NCBI GenBank assembly: GCA_029856045.1
Contig: JAHQWG010000016.1
Coordinates: 1-64,000, forward strand
Source of the DNA: Promethearchaeia archaeon
GTDB lineage: Archaea; Asgardarchaeota; Lokiarchaeia; Sigyniarchaeales; SOKP01
Direction of reading: 5' to 3'
Length of the DNA stretch: 64,000 nt
Positions 59,641-64,000 of the stretch are shown here, in pieces. How positions within the stretch are numbered: position 1 is the stretch's first letter; the number at the start of each line of letters is the position of its first letter. A program made the translations under genes and the position numbers. The notes below the pieces were generated by a model. That model searched no databases, was not told the origin of the DNA, and saw only the letters and a program-made list of their open reading frames with translations.

Positions 59641-60162
59641 ATGAGTGATATTCAAGTATTTAAATTTAAGTTTGTTATAATTGGTGAAAACGGTGTAGGA
59701 AAGACATCTTTAGCGAGATCTTTTGTATCTAAACAATTTGCTATGGACTATAAACCGACAATTGGTAGTAATATCTTTATGCATAATGTTTCTTTATCAG
59801 ATAATATTAATGTTTCAGTTGCTTTATTTGACATTGCTGGTCAAGAGAAGTGGGCAATGATGAGGCATATTTATTATGAAGGAGCTCAAGCAGCTTTTTT
59901 GGTTGGGGATGTAACAAGAGAGCGTTCTTTCGATGAGTTAGCAAATTTTTGGTATCCAGATTTTATAAAATTTTGTGAGAAAAAGCCAACAATCTTACTT
60001 GCAAACAAGAGTGATTTAGAATCAAAAACGGATAAGAAGAAAATTGAAGAAGCGGCAAAAAAAATAGGAGCTATAGATATTGTTTATACTTCTGCAAAAA
60101 CGGGAGAAAATTGTGATGATGCGTTAAAAAAGCTCGTATTATATTGTATGAATCAAATTTAA
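59641..60162 (+). CDS. Rab-like small GTPase
   Basis: GENGVGKT, YKPTIG, DIAGQE, NKSD, TSAK. Confidence 0.93.
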   Translation: MSDIQVFKFKFVIIGENGVGKTSLARSFVSKQFAMDYKPTIGSNIFMHNVSLSDNINVSVALFDIAGQEKWAMMRHIYYEGAQAAFLVGDVTRERSFDELANFWYPDFIKFCEKKPTILLANKSDLESKTDKKKIEEAAKKIGAIDIVYTSAKTGENCDDALKKLVLYCMNQI

Positions 60163-60163
60163 C

Positions 60164-62296
60164 TCATCTATTATCCACAAATTTTATATATTTACTTCTA
60201 GGTTTATAAAGAGTTCCTTCTTTTACTGCTTGATCAATGGTTTCCTCAATAAATTCTCTATCTAGATCTTCTTCCATTTCAAGTATTTCTATAACATTTT
60301 CTATTTCGACTGCATTTCCGTCATTTTCATTGATCATATTCTTTATTCTATCTAAGATTTTAGTTATTTTATTTATCCTTGAGCGAGTCTGTCCGGTAAA
60401 AATTCTATCGATGTCAAATTTACCAGTGCTTTCATCATATCCTACATCTCGTAAGTATCTATTAAATATTTTTATTATTTCTTCGACATCTTCTATTAAT
60501 ACTTTATCTCTTAGAGCCATTTTTGTATATGATTCACTTAACCTAATTAAAGCTTCTAAATTTCTTGCCAATATTGATACTATTGCTTGTTCTGCATCGT
60601 ATTTACCTCTTAAATCTAAATAATACTCCTTTATTTTATCTTTTGCTTCTTGTGTTAAAACTGGAAAACAATTACAACGTGCATAATGAATATATTTTTT
60701 AAGAAGGTCATGATTTATAGGAATTAATGGCTCGTCAGCATTTTGAGAGATTTTTGTAAAATCACCAGTAGCTTGTTCTAAAATGAATTCTGCCAATTGA
60801 GCATCTTTAGCTTTATCAGGTTCATCCACAACGATAAAAATAAGATCAAACCTTGAAAGTAATGTTGGTGGTTGTTTAATATTTTCAGTAGGAGTCTTAT
60901 ATTTATTATATCTGCCCAGAGAAGGATTTCCAGCAGCTATTATACCGGTTTGAGCTCTTAATGTAGCTATAATTCCTGCCTTGGCTATACTAACGGTTTG
61001 TTGTGCCATCGCCTCGTGTATAGCAGCAATATCTTGCGATTCCATTTTGTCAAACTCATCTATAGCAGCAATTCCTCCATCAGCTAATACAATTGCCCCA
61101 GCTTCAAGAGACATAGTTCCTGTATCTGGATCTTTTACAACAGCTGCCGTAAGTCCTACAGCTGTAGAACCTTTACCCGATGTATACAATGCTCGAGGAG
61201 AAATATTAACAGCACTCTTAAGAATCTCACTTTTACCTGTTCCAGGGTCTCCTACAAATAATACATGAATATCTCCTCTTCTATAAGTTCCATCAACTTT
61301 TTTTAGTCTAGTACCCCCAAATAAGCATAAAGCGGTCGCCAACTTTAAATTCTCTCTTCCATATATGGATGGTGCAATAGATCTGGCGATTTTTCTTTGA
61401 ATATATGGCTCTGCAGCGAGTTCTTTAATTTGTTTTAATTCTTCTTCAGATGGATAAAAATCTTTATCCTCTTTATCTGAAGATTTAATAGAATTCACAT
61501 CAATAAAAGTTCTAAATATAAGTGAGCCTTTTCCTTTAGCATTTCTTAGTGGCAATGATTTAAAAACTCCCATTATTTTTACACGGTCACCAGGACGTAC
61601 CTTATCAACCAAATCTTTAATAAGAATTCCATCTATAGATCTAGGTATTCTTCCAGCTGGCAACTCTTCTGGTGTTTCTTGTATTGTTATTTTCTGCCAA
61701 TCAATAAAATCAGATTTTTTAGAAATGAAAATAAAATCTTTTTGATTATTTGCCTTACATTTTGGATTCATACAATGATTTGGCCAAATAAGTGTGTTGG
61801 ATAGTTGAATTTGTGGGAATTCAACATCGCATCTTAAACACTTATAAATTGCATTTTCTAATTTTGGACGAACAGTAGAAGCACGAAGTAAAATGCCACG
61901 AGTAAAAATTAATTTATCAATATGTTTTGATCTTAATCCTCTAAGTAAAACAAGATTAGAATCATTATCTGTTGAAATTTGAATAAAACATTCTACTTCA
62001 TCCTTTAATTTGCCTCCAGGAGCGTGAAATTTTAATAAATTTTTAAAAGCCTCAATGGCATCCGGGATTACATCTTCAGGATTATTTTTTAATATCTCTG
62101 CTAATGCGGGATCAAATGCATTTAGATCTTCAAATAAAAACTCAAGAGTATTTTCTCCTTCTGCGTAAATTTTAGAGATTTTATCTCTATATTTAAATTC
62201 AGTTGGTTTTTCTTGAAATAACCTGAAAAAATCTTCAAATCTTTTGATTTTATTAATTGGAATACTTGGTTGAGGCTGTTTATTATTAATTGTCAT
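60164..62296 (-). CDS. mcm: MCM replicative helicase
   Basis: Zn finger, GDPGTGKS, IDEFDKM, SIAKAG, SRFD; no intein seen. Confidence 0.97.
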   Translation of the reverse strand: MTINNKQPQPSIPINKIKRFEDFFRLFQEKPTEFKYRDKISKIYAEGENTLEFLFEDLNAFDPALAEILKNNPEDVIPDAIEAFKNLLKFHAPGGKLKDEVECFIQISTDNDSNLVLLRGLRSKHIDKLIFTRGILLRASTVRPKLENAIYKCLRCDVEFPQIQLSNTLIWPNHCMNPKCKANNQKDFIFISKKSDFIDWQKITIQETPEELPAGRIPRSIDGILIKDLVDKVRPGDRVKIMGVFKSLPLRNAKGKGSLIFRTFIDVNSIKSSDKEDKDFYPSEEELKQIKELAAEPYIQRKIARSIAPSIYGRENLKLATALCLFGGTRLKKVDGTYRRGDIHVLFVGDPGTGKSEILKSAVNISPRALYTSGKGSTAVGLTAAVVKDPDTGTMSLEAGAIVLADGGIAAIDEFDKMESQDIAAIHEAMAQQTVSIAKAGIIATLRAQTGIIAAGNPSLGRYNKYKTPTENIKQPPTLLSRFDLIFIVVDEPDKAKDAQLAEFILEQATGDFTKISQNADEPLIPINHDLLKKYIHYARCNCFPVLTQEAKDKIKEYYLDLRGKYDAEQAIVSILARNLEALIRLSESYTKMALRDKVLIEDVEEIIKIFNRYLRDVGYDESTGKFDIDRIFTGQTRSRINKITKILDRIKNMINENDGNAVEIENVIEILEMEEDLDREFIEETIDQAVKEGTLYKPRSKYIKFVDNR

Positions 62297-62505
62297 GTAT
62301 TAACCCATTACTTTTGATCATTTTTTTTTATAAAATGTCGGTATTTTTAAATTAAAGAATTTTAGATTATAAAACAATTTATTAATTCACAGATATTATC
62401 AGTAGATTAATACTGCATTAATATATTCAAAAAATAAAATATTAAGAGATTGTAAATTTAGAGATTTATAAAATACAAGAAGCAAAATTATTACTTGAAA
62501 TTATT

Positions 62506-64000
62506 TTATTGAAGTTCTTGTAGCACATTACAAATTATTGAGTCTTGAGACATCTCACATCTAATTTTTAAAAGAGCTATTATTCTCTTTTTAATATCTT
62601 CTTTTTCATATTTTGCTGTTCTTAAAAAGATTTTTGCAACAGATCTTTGTGTATTTATTGGAGTATCAGAAGAAAGTAGCTTTAAAAGAGTAGATAATAA
62701 ATTTTGAATTCCAATTTTATTTATTAATTGAGAAACTGATATAATAGTTTTTTCTCGGACAGAATCTGATGGATCGTTAAGTAAATCAACGATATAAGGA
62801 AAAATTTCATCTAAATCTTCTGAACTATAAATTTTTATCAATTTTATTGAAGATTCCCTTACAATTTCATCATCATCTCTTAAATTTTTGGAAATTTTAT
62901 TAAACGGAATTAATTTTGGGGATATATTTGGGATTTCAGTTAATATTTCCATTGAACTTCTACGTACCCATTTTTGATCATCATCAAGCATTTTAATAAG
63001 TTGATTTAAAATGATATCATAATTCTTGATATCTTTTATTAAATTTCCTAAACTTTTTATGATAGCATCCCTGACTACCCATTCGTCATCAGACATTGAA
63101 TCTATTAACACATTAGCTACTTTATCGGGAGCTTTATGCCCAATAAAAAATAAAACATTAGCTGCTGATTCCCGTACGAAAGGTTCCTTATCTTTTAATA
63201 AATTGATGATAGGGTCAATAGGTATTATCTCAGGGGAATTTTTTGCAATATCTATAAGCGATTTAGACAAAGTTATTTTTACTGATTTTTCTTGTACAAT
63301 TATAGTGTTTAAAAGAACAGAAATTAAAGGTTCGACATAATTGGGCATTCTAATCGCAATAATCGAAATAATCTTAGATGCTTCTGTTTTTAATTGCTTA
63401 GTTCCCTCAGATTTTAAAATATTTATAAAGGGATCAATGTTTATTAAATCAATATAATCTTCTGCTAGTTCAGATAATGAATTAATTGAAGTTAATTTAA
63501 TATATTCTTGATCTGAATTCAAATTTACTAGTAATTTTGGAATAAAAAGTTTAGGATTTTCTTTAACGATATTGATTACAGTTTTGGTTATTATACCTTT
63601 CGTGATAAATTTTGCTGAATCAGGGATTTTAATCAATTTACTAAAAACCATCTCAGGATTTTGTTTTCCAATATTAATAATCATATTGGAAATGCTATTT
63701 TTTATCTGTTCATCATCTGATTTAATATATTTTAATAAGATATCTGTGATTTTCTCAGGATTTGTCTCCCAGATTTTTCCTAATAATCTCAGAATACTAT
63801 ATTGAATTTCTAATTTTGATGAAGCCATCTTACTTAATAAGTAATCCAAATTAAGAGCGGTCGGAACTTCATTATGATATTTTTCTAATGCTTTTATTGC
63901 AGAATTCCTAACAGCTTCATTAGGATCTAAGAGTCCATCTAAAAAAGGTTTTATTGGAATAAAATATTCTTTAAAATTCCCGATTTTAGCTATTGTAGAA
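62506..64000 (-). CDS. HEAT-repeat protein, 5' end outside window
   Basis: Repeated L.D....VR..A units; frame stays open from 63849 to the window end. Confidence 0.85.
   Translation of the reverse strand, partial: STIAKIGNFKEYFIPIKPFLDGLLDPNEAVRNSAIKALEKYHNEVPTALNLDYLLSKMASSKLEIQYSILRLLGKIWETNPEKITDILLKYIKSDDEQIKNSISNMIINIGKQNPEMVFSKLIKIPDSAKFITKGIITKTVINIVKENPKLFIPKLLVNLNSDQEYIKLTSINSLSELAEDYIDLINIDPFINILKSEGTKQLKTEASKIISIIAIRMPNYVEPLISVLLNTIIVQEKSVKITLSKSLIDIAKNSPEIIPIDPIINLLKDKEPFVRESAANVLFFIGHKAPDKVANVLIDSMSDDEWVVRDAIIKSLGNLIKDIKNYDIILNQLIKMLDDDQKWVRRSSMEILTEIPNISPKLIPFNKISKNLRDDDEIVRESSIKLIKIYSSEDLDEIFPYIVDLLNDPSDSVREKTIISVSQLINKIGIQNLLSTLLKLLSSDTPINTQRSVAKIFLRTAKYEKEDIKKRIIALLKIRCEMSQDSIICNVLQELQ

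Noticed and set aside
60130-60162. C-terminal Cys of the Rab-like GTPase as a prenylation signal
   Set aside because: Ends YCMNQI: not CaaX, CC or CxC, and there is no hypervariable tail.
1065-63805. Many 60-160 aa ORFs in the track that overlap longer genes (e.g. 1065-1277, 5004-5276, 12988-13350, 37423-37896, 60237-60623)
   Set aside because: Antisense or alternate-frame shadows of well-supported genes, with no recognisable motifs.
1-64000. CRISPR array, IS element, provirus, rRNA, intein in MCM
   Set aside because: No spaced direct repeats, transposase/integrase/capsid motifs or rRNA-like GC-rich segment were seen; MCM is of normal length.

Overview
Very AT-rich archaeal chromosome segment, gene-dense, with no rRNA, CRISPR array or recognisable mobile element. 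The gene content points to an Asgard archaeon, probably Lokiarchaeia (inference): ribophorin I-like protein, Sec61-beta, Rab-like GTPase, roadblock, longin-like and Bet3/V4R-like proteins. Main blocks: (i) glycosylation/translocon region (ATP-grasp ligase, glycosyltransferases, AglH-like GlcNAc-1-P transferase, intron-containing tRNA-Gln, long Trm112, ribophorin I, Sec61-beta, epimerase); (ii) redox/hydrogenase maturation (trx, fdhD, hypDEF, QueG-like Fe-S protein, hdrCB); (iii) tpiA, HerA-like ATPase, glmS, leuS; (iv) a lipS2-lpl-lipS1-cofE-nitroreductase-cofD cofactor operon; (v) a seven-gene MoxR/DUF58/pseudo-transglutaminase surface operon; (vi) Pro-rich coiled-coil protein, HDAC, Rab-like GTPase, MCM and a HEAT-repeat protein. 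The top observation is absent from the ORF track. Upstream of a chimeric leuS (bacterial-type core, archaeal-type tail) lies a 26-codon leader ORF with 12 Leu codons (38699-38779, minus strand). It is accompanied by three complementary boxes that can pair in mutually exclusive ways and by a U-tract. This is a candidate leader-peptide attenuation system for leucyl-tRNA synthetase in an Asgard archaeon. All assignments come from motif recognition by eye; no searches were run.
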